In this document: piece by piece, positions 52,856 to 61,712 of the stretch
Numbering within the stretch: position 1 is the stretch's first letter
Layout of the letters: every line of letters begins with the position of its first letter
Position numbers and translations under genes: made by a program
NCBI GenBank assembly: GCA_045587745.1
Contig: JAZNCU010000047.1
Span: 76 to 64,075 of the forward strand
Length of the DNA: 64,000 nucleotides
Direction: 5' to 3'
From: Eubacteriales bacterium
Lineage (GTDB): Bacteria > Bacillota > Clostridia > Oscillospirales > CAG-382
The notes under the pieces: generated by a model
Database searches by the model: none
The model's input: only the letters and a program-made list of their open reading frames with translations
What the model was told of the DNA's origin: nothing

Positions 52856-53980
52856 TCAGTCTTTGTTTTGATTGTGTCTCTTGAGAAGACGGCGGATCCT
52901 CGAGGTGCAGTCAAGCAGAGGAGAGATCGACTCGTCGTTGTTAAGAGTGGTGAGGATCTTTGCGATGAATTTGGACATATCAACCTGTACGAACCAGGGA
53001 CGTGTCTTGAGATCCTCGGGAGCGTAGGTGAGGTTGGTAGAATAAACTCTCTTTATAAGACCCTTTTCGTAAAGCTCGTCAAACTTCTCAAGGCCGTGGG
53101 TAAAGAAAGCAAATGTGGTGGCAACATATACGTCCGAGACGTTGCGCTTCTGTATCTCGGTGATAACCTCGATGACCGACTCGCCCGAAGCGATCATATC
53201 ATCGATGATAAGAGCTCTTTTGCCTTCGAGAGGACCGCCAATGTATTCGTGCTGAACGATGGGGTTTTTGCCATCGACAACCCTGGAGTGATCACGTCTC
53301 TTGTAAAACATACCGACATCGAGTCCGAGAACGTTTGCGTAGTAAATAGCTCTCTCCATAGCGCCGGTATCGGGGCTGATAACGGTCATATTGTCCTTAA
53401 ATATATCGTCACCCTCGTTTTGAATAAAGCATTTGAGCATGGAGTAGGTGGGGAAAATGTTTTCGAACGAGGTGTTGGGGATTGCGTTGTAAATAGTACC
53501 GTCGTGAGCATCAAAGGTAAGGATGCAATCTACGCCGAGTGCCTGAAGCTCCTCGAGAGACTGAGCGCAGTCAAGCGACTCTCTGCCTTTTCTTTTGTGC
53601 TGACGGGATGAGTAAAGAAGGGGCATAAGAACGGTAACTCTGTTTGCCTTACCGCCGATAGCGGAAAGAACGCGCTTGATGTCGCGGAAATGCTCATCGG
53701 GACCCATACGGTTTTTATAGCCGAAAAGATCGTAGGTACAGCTGTAGTTTCCGATATCGCAAAGTATGTAAACATCTCTGCCTCTTACGGAATCAGTTAT
53801 CTTGACTTTGCCTTCGCCGTTGTTAAAGCGGATCTCCTCGATGGGGATAATGTAGCTCTCGCTGTCATCTTCGTTCCTGAGCTGACGGATAAACTGATCG
53901 ACCTCAACGCCAAGCTGAGTACAGCTTTTAAGCACGATCAGACCCATTTTTCCGTGAGTAAGGTTAGAATTCGATCCCAT
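52856..53980 (-). CDS. prs: Ribose-phosphate pyrophosphokinase (long form)
   Basis: PRPP-binding loop ALIIDDMIASGES, plus N-terminal Pribosyltran_N-like and flexible-loop regions. GGAG RBS. Confidence 0.85.
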   Translation of the reverse strand: MGSNSNLTHGKMGLIVLKSCTQLGVEVDQFIRQLRNEDDSESYIIPIEEIRFNNGEGKVKITDSVRGRDVYILCDIGNYSCTYDLFGYKNRMGPDEHFRDIKRVLSAIGGKANRVTVLMPLLYSSRQHKRKGRESLDCAQSLEELQALGVDCILTFDAHDGTIYNAIPNTSFENIFPTYSMLKCFIQNEGDDIFKDNMTVISPDTGAMERAIYYANVLGLDVGMFYKRRDHSRVVDGKNPIVQHEYIGGPLEGKRALIIDDMIASGESVIEVITEIQKRNVSDVYVATTFAFFTHGLEKFDELYEKGLIKRVYSTNLTYAPEDLKTRPWFVQVDMSKFIAKILTTLNNDESISPLLDCTSRIRRLLKRHNQNKD

Positions 53981-54143
53981 AGTTACACTCCTTATTGTCG
54001 CAAAATTTGCATCGTAAACATATTTTACAACAAAAACTCCATTTTGTATATAGTGTATTTATACAAATCGTTGCGAATTTCGAGCAAGTTTTACCGAAAT
54101 TCGTCGAAATACTGTATATAGAGTAAAAGGCTGAACAAAAAGA

Positions 54144-54172
54144 TTGACAATATGAAAATGTTGTGATAATAT
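54144..54172 (+). promoter_or_regulatory. recA promoter
   Basis: TTGACA (54144-54149), 17-nt spacer, TAATAT (54167-54172). An alternative extended -10 is TGTGATAAT. Confidence 0.55.
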
Positions 54173-54177
54173 AAAAA

Positions 54178-54191
54178 AGAACAAAAGTTCG
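54178..54191. promoter_or_regulatory. LexA (Cheo/SOS) box upstream of recA
   Basis: AGAACAAAAGTTCG matches the Firmicute consensus CGAAC-N4-GTTCG. It lies between the -10 element and the RBS. Confidence 0.7.
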
Positions 54192-54206
54192 TACGGAGGA
54201 TAAATT

Positions 54207-55253
54207 ATGGCAACTAAAGACAGTAAGGCTATTGCACTGGAGGCGGCGCTTGCTCAAATAGAAAAGCAGTGCGGCAAAGGTTCTATAATGCGATTGGGTG
54301 AGAACGTTGGCATGGAAGTAAAAAGTGTTCCTACCGGCTCGCTCACACTGGATATTGCTCTTGGTATCGGCGGCGTTCCGAGAGGAAGGATCATTGAGAT
54401 ATACGGCCCCGAGTCCTCGGGTAAAACAACACTCGCTCTCCATATCGTTGCCGAGGTTCAAAAGCGTGGCGGCGAGGCAGCGTTTATCGATGCCGAGCAC
54501 GCACTTGATCCCGTTTATGCACACGCACTCGGTGTTGATACCGATTCGCTTCTTGTTTCCCAGCCCGATTACGGCGAGCAAGCACTCGAAATTACCGAGG
54601 CACTCGTGCGCTCCTGCGCTGTTGAGGTCGTAGTAGTTGACTCTGTTGCCGCCCTCGTCCCCAAAAACGAGATAGACGGCGATATGGGCGATTCGCACGT
54701 CGGACTCCACGCAAGGCTTATGTCACAGGCACTTCGTAAGCTTTCGGGTGCTATCGCAAAATCCAACTGTATCGTTATTTTCATTAACCAGCTCCGTGAA
54801 AAGGTCGGCGTCGTTTATGGCAATCCGGAGACCACAACCGGCGGCAGAGCACTGAAGTTCTATGCCTCTGTCCGTCTTGATGTTCGTAAATCCGAGGCGC
54901 TTAAAAACGGAAGCGAGGTTATCGGTAACCACGTTAAATGTAAGGTTGTCAAGAATAAGGTCGCTCCTCCATTCAAAACAGCCGAGTTCGATATTATTTA
55001 TGGTAAAGGCATCTCCCGCGAGAGCGAGATTATCGAGATGGGCATAAGCACGGGAATTATTGAGAAAAGCGGCTCCTGGCTTTCCTATAACGGTGAGAAG
55101 CTCGGACAGGGTAAGGATAAGGTCCGCAGCCTGCTTGAGGATAACGTTGCTCTTGCCGAGGAAATCTCGGGTAAGATTATGGCATCGCTCAGCGTAAACA
55201 GCTCTCCTGCTGTTGTTTCGGCTTCCGCCGAGGACCTTTTTGACGAGGAATAA
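54207..55253 (+). CDS. recA: Recombinase RecA
   Basis: Walker [10 protein letters not shown], plus FIDAEHALD and loop L1/L2 regions. 348 aa. Confidence 0.97.
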   Translation: MATKDSKAIALEAALAQIEKQCGKGSIMRLGENVGMEVKSVPTGSLTLDIALGIGGVPRGRIIEIYGPESSGKTTLALHIVAEVQKRGGEAAFIDAEHALDPVYAHALGVDTDSLLVSQPDYGEQALEITEALVRSCAVEVVVVDSVAALVPKNEIDGDMGDSHVGLHARLMSQALRKLSGAIAKSNCIVIFINQLREKVGVVYGNPETTTGGRALKFYASVRLDVRKSEALKNGSEVIGNHVKCKVVKNKVAPPFKTAEFDIIYGKGISRESEIIEMGISTGIIEKSGSWLSYNGEKLGQGKDKVRSLLEDNVALAEEISGKIMASLSVNSSPAVVSASAEDLFDEE

Positions 55254-55256
55254 TAG

Positions 55257-55871
55257 GTGTATACAGTACAAAGCGTTCTTACACACGGCTCCGAGAACGA
55301 GTACACGGTTGTTTGTAACGGGGATTGTTTTTTGATAACCCGATACGATTATGAACAGCTGCAAGTCAATGAGGGAGATTTGATTGATGATGATGCTTTT
55401 GAGGCTCTTTGTTATGCAAGTAAACGCCTCACCTGCATCAAAAAAGCATTTGAGTATCTTTCGTACGGCGACCTGTCGCAAAAGCAACTGTATGATAAGT
55501 TGATTAAAAAGTTTCCAAAAGAGCTTTCGCAGGGGGTAGCTGAGCTTATGACCGAAAGGGGATACGTTGACGATTCCCGTTTGGCAAAGCGCTATGCCGA
55601 GACCTTTTACGAGTTCAAGCTGATGGGGCTCAATCGCATCAGGTCGGAGCTTTTTCGGCGCGGTATATCAAAGGAAAATATCGACCTCGCCCTTGAACCC
55701 TATGAATGCGAGGATCAGGTTCCGCGCGTGCTGGAATATTTACACAAAAAATATGATGTTTCCAAATTGAACGACTATGTATACCGGCGCAAGGTCTACG
55801 GAGGCCTTGTGAGAGCCGGATTTGGCTCCGAGGATATCTCGGACGCACTGAATTCTGCCGAAAGTGAGTAA
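55257..55871 (+). CDS. recX: Recombination regulator RecX
   Basis: 204 aa of helical repeats (ALxYLSYGDLSxKQLxxKL..., RSELFRRGIS), directly after recA. GTG start after GAGGAA. Confidence 0.82.
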   Translation: MYTVQSVLTHGSENEYTVVCNGDCFLITRYDYEQLQVNEGDLIDDDAFEALCYASKRLTCIKKAFEYLSYGDLSQKQLYDKLIKKFPKELSQGVAELMTERGYVDDSRLAKRYAETFYEFKLMGLNRIRSELFRRGISKENIDLALEPYECEDQVPRVLEYLHKKYDVSKLNDYVYRRKVYGGLVRAGFGSEDISDALNSAESE

Positions 55872-55874
55872 ATT

Positions 55875-57203
55875 ATGGCAATTAAAGTAGGATTTGTATC
55901 GCTCGGTTGTCCCAAAAATCTTATTAACACCGAGCAGATGCTTGCGCTTCTCGCTAACAACGGTTATGAGATCGTTGCTGAGGATTATGAGGCTGACGTT
56001 ATCGTTATTAACACCTGCGCTTTTATCGAGAGCGCAAAGCAGGAGGCCATTGATAATATTCTTGATGTTTCCTGGCTTAAGAAGAACCGTGACCTTAAGG
56101 GTATAGTTGTTACCGGTTGTCTCCCTCAGAGATACGGTGACCAGTTCAAAAAGGAGCTTCCCGAGGTCGATTGTATTATCGGCACAGGCTCTGTTGATGA
56201 TATATGCGATGCCGTTGAGGCTGCATATCACGGTAGAGAATATTCCAGTTTCAAGAGCATCGACGACGCTCCTCTCGGAGGAGAGCGTGTTATCACCACT
56301 CCCGAGTATTTTGCATATCTTCAGATTGCGGAGGGCTGCGACAACCGTTGCTCCTACTGCGTTATCCCCGATATCAGGGGTAAATTCCGCAGCAGACCTA
56401 TGAGCGATATCGTTGAGGAGGCACAGGGCCTTGCGGCTCTTGGTATCAAGGAGATATGCTTGGTGGCTCAGGATACAACCAGATACGGCGAGGATCTGTA
56501 CGGCACTTATGCTCTTGACAGCCTTATATCGGAGCTTTCAACTATTGAGGGTATTGAGTGGATACGCGTTCTTTATTGCTATCCCGACCGTATTACCGAC
56601 GGACTTATCAATGAGTTTGCCACCAATAAAAAGCTTGTCAAATACATAGATATGCCCATTCAGCACATCAATGACGATATTCTTTCGGCTATGAATCGCA
56701 GAGGCAATTCCGAGACAATCAAGACCGTGGTCAAAAAGCTGCGTGATGCGGTTGAGGGAATTGTTATCCGCACTACCGTTATCGTCGGATTCCCCGGTGA
56801 GACCGAAAAGCAGTTCAACGAGCTCCGCAGCTTTATTAAAGAGACAAAATTTGAGCGTCTCGGTGCATTTGCCTATTCTCGCGAGGAGGGAACTCCTGCC
56901 TATTCTATGCCTAAACAGGTGACCGAGAAAACAAAACAAAAACGCCTCGATATGATAATGTCGGATCAAAATAGGATTCATAACGATTTTAATGAGCGTT
57001 TTGTGGGTACCGAGCTTACCGTTATATGCGAGGGTTATGATCCCGTGTCCGAATGTCATTTCGGAAGATCCTATGCAGATGCTCCCGATATTGACGGAAA
57101 GGTTTATTTTAATGCACCCCGAAGGATCAAAGAGGGTGAGTTTGTTAAGGTGGACATAACCGAGATACTCGATTACGACCTCTACGGTAAGGCAAAGCGC
57201 TGA
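55875..57203 (+). CDS. rimO: Ribosomal protein S12 methylthiotransferase
   Basis: N-terminus KVGFVSLGCPKNLINTE, radical-SAM CDNRCSYCVIP, C-terminal TRAM domain. Confidence 0.9.
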   Translation: MAIKVGFVSLGCPKNLINTEQMLALLANNGYEIVAEDYEADVIVINTCAFIESAKQEAIDNILDVSWLKKNRDLKGIVVTGCLPQRYGDQFKKELPEVDCIIGTGSVDDICDAVEAAYHGREYSSFKSIDDAPLGGERVITTPEYFAYLQIAEGCDNRCSYCVIPDIRGKFRSRPMSDIVEEAQGLAALGIKEICLVAQDTTRYGEDLYGTYALDSLISELSTIEGIEWIRVLYCYPDRITDGLINEFATNKKLVKYIDMPIQHINDDILSAMNRRGNSETIKTVVKKLRDAVEGIVIRTTVIVGFPGETEKQFNELRSFIKETKFERLGAFAYSREEGTPAYSMPKQVTEKTKQKRLDMIMSDQNRIHNDFNERFVGTELTVICEGYDPVSECHFGRSYADAPDIDGKVYFNAPRRIKEGEFVKVDITEILDYDLYGKAKR

Positions 57204-57227
57204 GTTTCAGGAGGTAATTAAAAGCAT

Positions 57228-57845
57228 ATGAACCTGCCCAATAAAATCACTGTGGCAAGAATTTTTATGATACCGTTTTTCGTATTCTTTCTTGTGTACG
57301 ATATTTTTGACGATCCGATCATCAGCCGTGTAGTTTCAGCATCGTTATTTATAATTGCTTCGATAACCGATTTTGTCGATGGCCACATTGCCCGCAAGAG
57401 GGGACTTATAACCGATTTCGGAAAGTTTATGGACCCTCTTGCCGACAAATTTCTCATTCTCGGAGCAATGTTTGCGATGTGCTTTTCGGACTACGTCTTT
57501 GATTATGCAGCGGTCGGTTTTACTACCGCAGTATCCGCCGAAATAGTCAGACATTTGTTTTTCTGGACAGCAATAATCGTTGTTTTCCGTGAGCTTGCCG
57601 TTACGTCGATGAGGCTCGTTGTGGCAAAATCGAGCGGTGCGGTTATTGCCGCAAGCATGCTCGGAAAAATAAAAACAACTACCCAGATAATAGGCGTTGC
57701 GGTCGTTATTCTCGAACCCGTTATCTTCCGATTTACGCAGGGCTGCTTCTCGGTGGTTTCGCTTGCCGCAATGCTCGTATTCACGGTGCTTTCGGGAGTT
57801 AATTACATTAAAACGTATTGGAAATTTATCAATACAGATAAATAG
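57228..57845 (+). CDS. pgsA: CDP-diacylglycerol--glycerol-3-phosphate 3-phosphatidyltransferase
   Basis: CDP-alcohol phosphatidyltransferase motif DFVDGHIARKRGLITDFGKFMDPLADK. Confidence 0.88.
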   Translation: MNLPNKITVARIFMIPFFVFFLVYDIFDDPIISRVVSASLFIIASITDFVDGHIARKRGLITDFGKFMDPLADKFLILGAMFAMCFSDYVFDYAAVGFTTAVSAEIVRHLFFWTAIIVVFRELAVTSMRLVVAKSSGAVIAASMLGKIKTTTQIIGVAVVILEPVIFRFTQGCFSVVSLAAMLVFTVLSGVNYIKTYWKFINTDK

Positions 57846-57852
57846 GTGAGTT

Positions 57853-59250
57853 ATGCGACTTTTTAATACACTTACAAGACAAAAAGAGGATTTTGAGGTT
57901 AAAAACGGCGAGGTGCGTATGTACGTGTGTGGCCCCACCGTATATAACTATTTTCATATCGGAAACGCAAGGTGCTTCGTTATATTTGATATGCTTCGCC
58001 GATACCTTGAGTATTGCGGACATAAGGTTACCTACGTGCAAAATTTTACCGACGTGGATGATAAGCTCATTCGAGCTGCGAAGGAAAACGGCATCACTGT
58101 AGGTGATATTGCCGATAAATATATCGGTGAGTATTTTACCGATGCTCACGGACTTGGCGTTAACGATGCAACCGTTCACCCCAGAGCGACCGAGAATATC
58201 GATAAGATCATCGAGATCGTTTCCGCTCTTATCGAGAGAGGTCACGCTTACGTGTCGGGAAATGACGTTTACTTTGATTCCCAAAGCGATAGCGATTACG
58301 GAAAGCTCTCGCATCACAATCTCGATGAGCTCGAGGCCGGTGCAAGAATTGATGTGAACGAGGTAAAACGCCATCCCTTTGATTTTGCGCTTTGGAAGGG
58401 CAGAAAGGAAGAGGACGAGATTTGCTGGGAATCCCCTTGGGGACTCGGCAGACCCGGCTGGCATATTGAATGCTCTGCTATGGTCAACCGTTATCTCGGC
58501 ACAGAGATTGATATTCACGGCGGCGGAGTTGATCTTATTTTCCCTCACCACGAGAATGAGATTGCCCAGAGTGAGTGTGCAACAGGCTGTACTCTTGCAC
58601 GTTTTTGGCTCCATAACGGACATATTAACGTTGATAATAAAAAAATGAGTAAATCGGCAGGGAACTTTTTCCTCGTGCGAGATGCAGCGGCAAAATACGG
58701 TTACAAGGCAGTGAGATTCTTCCTCCTCTCGTCACACTATCGCAGCCCCATAAATTACAGCTCAGATATATTGGAGCAGTCTGCGGCAGCTGTAGAGCGT
58801 ATCGGTAACTGCCTCGGAAATATTGCATTTGCCGAAAAGAATGCCTCGGGCGAGCTAAACGAGCGTGAAAGAGCAAGCATTGATTTTCTCATCGAAAAGA
58901 AAGCTTCTTTTGTTTCAGCAATGGATGATGATCTCAATACCGCCGATGCCATAGGATTTTTGTTTGAGATGACAAGGGATATAAACACCGTCATTTCCGC
59001 CGGTGCAAGTGCCGATTATATTTGTTCCGTTAAGGAGCACTATATACCTCTTTGCGATCTGCTTGGATTTGGTAGCGATAACGCCGATGAGGATACCTCT
59101 TATATCGAGGAAATGATCGAAAAACGCACTCAGGCAAAAAAGAACAAGGACTATGCTCTTGCTGATGCTATCCGTAACGAACTTAGAGAAAAGGGAATCA
59201 TCCTTGAGGATACTCCCCAGGGTGTAAAATGGAAAAAAGCACAGAACTGA
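57853..59250 (+). CDS. cysS: Cysteine--tRNA ligase
   Basis: HIGN(A) and KMSKS motifs, Zn-binding Cys context (CGPTVYNYFHIGNAR, WHIECS). Confidence 0.95.
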   Translation: MRLFNTLTRQKEDFEVKNGEVRMYVCGPTVYNYFHIGNARCFVIFDMLRRYLEYCGHKVTYVQNFTDVDDKLIRAAKENGITVGDIADKYIGEYFTDAHGLGVNDATVHPRATENIDKIIEIVSALIERGHAYVSGNDVYFDSQSDSDYGKLSHHNLDELEAGARIDVNEVKRHPFDFALWKGRKEEDEICWESPWGLGRPGWHIECSAMVNRYLGTEIDIHGGGVDLIFPHHENEIAQSECATGCTLARFWLHNGHINVDNKKMSKSAGNFFLVRDAAAKYGYKAVRFFLLSSHYRSPINYSSDILEQSAAAVERIGNCLGNIAFAEKNASGELNERERASIDFLIEKKASFVSAMDDDLNTADAIGFLFEMTRDINTVISAGASADYICSVKEHYIPLCDLLGFGSDNADEDTSYIEEMIEKRTQAKKNKDYALADAIRNELREKGIILEDTPQGVKWKKAQN

Positions 59251-59645
59251 TCAAAAGAGAATACAGCTCTGTTTTGCTCGCATATCTCGGGGATGCGTAT
59301 TATGAAACGCTGGCCCGAGAGTATGTCATTGAGGGCGGCGATTGTAAACTGAGCGACGTAAACAAAAAGATACTTGATCTTGTAACCGCGGTGTCACAGA
59401 GTAAAATAGTCGAAATCATTCTTCCTCATCTTACCGAGGAGGAGGAATGGTTTTACAAATCGGGAAGAAATGCCCATAACACTCACCGCACGCGAAGTGC
59501 TGCCGCTGTGGAATACCGCAGGGCTACGGGACTGGAATGTCTGTTTGGATTTTACTTTCTTTCGGGCAGAGAGACACGAGCAAGAGAGCTGTTTGGGCTG
59601 ATAACTTCCGGTGTCTATAACGATGGGGGAAATAACCATGATTGA
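59229..59645 (+). CDS. mrnC: Mini-ribonuclease III
   Basis: LAYLGDAYYETLAREYV signature and conserved position after cysS. Overlaps the cysS end by 22 nt. Confidence 0.8.
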   Translation: MEKSTELIKREYSSVLLAYLGDAYYETLAREYVIEGGDCKLSDVNKKILDLVTAVSQSKIVEIILPHLTEEEEWFYKSGRNAHNTHRTRSAAAVEYRRATGLECLFGFYFLSGRETRARELFGLITSGVYNDGGNNHD

Positions 59646-60246
59646 GCTGACACAAAAAGAAAAATCGGTTTACGAATATATCAAAAACTGTCTTGAGAAT
59701 AACGGTTATGCTCCTTCGGTGCGTGATATCTGCACCGCTGTGGGCATACGCTCTACATCGTCGGTTCATGAGTATATTCGTAAGCTCGAAACGAAGGGTT
59801 ATATTACAAAGTGCTCGGGCAAGAGCCGTGCGCTCAAAATCGAAAGTAAATCGCCCTCCGAGCGTGGGGCAATGAAAAAGGTGCCCATTCTCGGCAGAGT
59901 TACTGCCGGTGTTCCTATACTCGCTGTCGAAAACTATGAGGGCTACGTTGATTTTCCCGCAGGTATGGCAAGGGGCAAAGCCAATCTCTTTGCGCTTCGG
60001 GTTATGGGCGAGAGCATGATCGAGGCAGGCATTCTTGACGGTGATATAGTTGTTGTTGAAAGCCGAAAGTATGCCGATGACGGTGAGATCGTAGTGGCAA
60101 TGATTGACGATGAAGCAACCGTCAAGCGTTACTTCCGCGATAACGGCAGAATCAGACTGCAGCCCGCCAACAGTGCTATGAGTCCCATTTACAGCCGTGA
60201 TGTTACCGTGCTCGGTAAGGTTATCGCCAATTTCCGCTTTTATTGA
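59638..60246 (+). CDS. lexA: SOS repressor LexA
   Basis: Start moved to ATG 59638 (MIELTQKEK...). Winged-helix N-domain, Ala-Gly cleavage region (VTAGVP), S24 peptidase catalytic GESM...K. Eight-nt overlap with mrnC. Confidence 0.92.
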   Translation: MIELTQKEKSVYEYIKNCLENNGYAPSVRDICTAVGIRSTSSVHEYIRKLETKGYITKCSGKSRALKIESKSPSERGAMKKVPILGRVTAGVPILAVENYEGYVDFPAGMARGKANLFALRVMGESMIEAGILDGDIVVVESRKYADDGEIVVAMIDDEATVKRYFRDNGRIRLQPANSAMSPIYSRDVTVLGKVIANFRFY

Positions 60247-60305
60247 TAATAGTGATAATATACAAAGCTGACATTGGAATAATTTGAATTTTTTTGAAAA
60301 TAACT

Positions 60306-60334
60306 ATTGACATGTGCTTGTCGTTTGTGATATT
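60306..60334 (+). promoter_or_regulatory. Candidate promoter for tRNA-Lys
   Basis: TTGACA (60306-60311) with TGTGATATT extended -10-like sequence 16-17 nt downstream. Confidence 0.5.
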
Positions 60335-60366
60335 CTAATAGGGCGGTTGCAGAGGCGGTTGCACAC

Positions 60367-60442
60367 GATCCATTAGCTCAGCCGGTAGAGCACATGACTT
60401 TTAATCATGGTGTCCGGAGTTCGATTCTCCGATGGATCACCA
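60367..60442 (+). tRNA. tRNA-Lys (anticodon UUU), CCA encoded
   Basis: Folded by hand: acceptor GATCCAT/ATGGATC, D arm GCTC-AGCCGGTA-GAGC, anticodon arm CATGA-CTTTTAA-TCATG, T arm CGGAG-TTCGATT-CTCCG, then A-CCA. Confidence 0.93.
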
Positions 60443-60445
60443 AAT

Positions 60446-60476
60446 GCCGAACACAGTTTCTGTGTTCGGCTATTTT
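60446..60476 (+). terminator. Terminator after tRNA-Lys
   Basis: Stem GCCGAACACAG / CTGTGTTCGGC with loop TTT, followed by TATTTT. Confidence 0.65.
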
Positions 60477-60495
60477 CGTAATTTTGGAGGAAAAT

Positions 60496-61686
60496 ATGTC
60501 AAAAAGATTTATTTTTGTACTTCTTTGCGTTATGATTTGCTTCTCATTCGTTGCGTGCGGTGATAAAAAAGTGAATGATGACGGTAACGTTTACGCACGT
60601 ATTGAGCTTGAGGATGGCAGGAGCATCACGCTTGAGCTGTACCCCGACGTTGCTCCCATAACCGTTGAGAACTTTGTTGACCTTGCAAACGACGGCTATT
60701 ATGATGGGCTTATTTTCCACCGTGTAATAAGCGGCTTTATGATTCAGGGCGGAGATCCCAAAGGTAATGGCACCGGCGGCCCCGGATACACTATCAAGGG
60801 CGAGTTTGCCGCTAACGGTGTAGAAAACAACATTAAGCACACCAGGGGCGTCATCTCTATGGCAAGGCGCGGCGACAGCTACGATTCGGCGGGAAGTCAG
60901 TTTTTTATTATGCACGCCGATGCAGCCCATCTTGACGGGCAGTATGCCGCTTTCGGTAAGGTGCTTGATGGTATGGACGTCGTTGACAGTATCGCTTCCG
61001 TGCCTACCGGCGCAGCTAATAAACCCATTACCGACGTGGTTATCAAGACAATAAAAATTCTTGATGAATATAAATTTGATGAAAGTAAAAATAGCGGAGT
61101 TTCTTCAGCCGACGTGAACTCGGATACAAACGATTCGAGCAGCGCTCCGGCGGTTGAACCCGACTACGAGGATCTTGAATTGGCAGACACCGTATACGCA
61201 AAAATCGAGATGGAGGACGGTGGAGAGATCGTTCTCGAGCTCTACCACAGCATTGCACCCATCACTGTTAAAAACTTTGTTTCTCTTGCTAATAAGGGCT
61301 ATTATGACGGACTTATTTTTCACCGTGTAATAAGCGGATTTATGATTCAGGGCGGCGATCCCAACGGCAACGGCTCGGGCGGTCCCGGATACACCATCAA
61401 GGGTGAGTTTTTTGCAAACGGAGTGGCTAACAACATCAGCCATGTAAGAGGCGTCATCTCTATGGCAAGACGCGGAGACAGCTACGATTCGGCTGGAAGT
61501 CAGTTCTTTATTATGCATGCCGATGCATCTTACCTTGACGGTAAGTATGCCGCTTTCGGCAGGGTTCTTGAGGGTATGGACGTTGTTGACAGCATCGCTT
61601 CGGTTTCTACCAACAATTCCGATAAACCTCTTAACGACGTTGTAATCAAAACAATTACTATCCTTGATAGCTACGATGCTGAATAA
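60496..61686 (+). CDS. Lipoprotein with two tandem cyclophilin-type peptidyl-prolyl isomerase domains
   Basis: Start moved to ATG 60496 after GGAGG (the track ORF start overlaps the tRNA). Lipobox FVACG. FHRVISGFMIQGGDP and SQFFIMH motifs each occur twice. Confidence 0.88.
   Translation: MSKRFIFVLLCVMICFSFVACGDKKVNDDGNVYARIELEDGRSITLELYPDVAPITVENFVDLANDGYYDGLIFHRVISGFMIQGGDPKGNGTGGPGYTIKGEFAANGVENNIKHTRGVISMARRGDSYDSAGSQFFIMHADAAHLDGQYAAFGKVLDGMDVVDSIASVPTGAANKPITDVVIKTIKILDEYKFDESKNSGVSSADVNSDTNDSSSAPAVEPDYEDLELADTVYAKIEMEDGGEIVLELYHSIAPITVKNFVSLANKGYYDGLIFHRVISGFMIQGGDPNGNGSGGPGYTIKGEFFANGVANNISHVRGVISMARRGDSYDSAGSQFFIMHADASYLDGKYAAFGRVLEGMDVVDSIASVSTNNSDKPLNDVVIKTITILDSYDAE
60589..61071 (+). 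repeat. Intragenic direct repeat, copy 1 (cyclophilin domain 1)
   Basis: 483 nt, collinear with 61192-61674. By eye the two copies share long identical runs at the amino-acid and DNA levels. Confidence 0.8.
61192..61674 (+). repeat. Intragenic direct repeat, copy 2 (cyclophilin domain 2)
   Basis: 483 nt, collinear with 60589-61071. Confidence 0.8.
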
Positions 61687-61712
61687 AATTAAGAAAATCA
61701 TAGGTATTTCCA

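Noticed and set aside
60394-60495. N-terminal extension of the cyclophilin ORF in the ORF track (start 60394).
   Set aside because: The extension is read straight through tRNA-Lys and its terminator. The real start is ATG 60496, which has a GGAGG RBS and a lipoprotein signal peptide.
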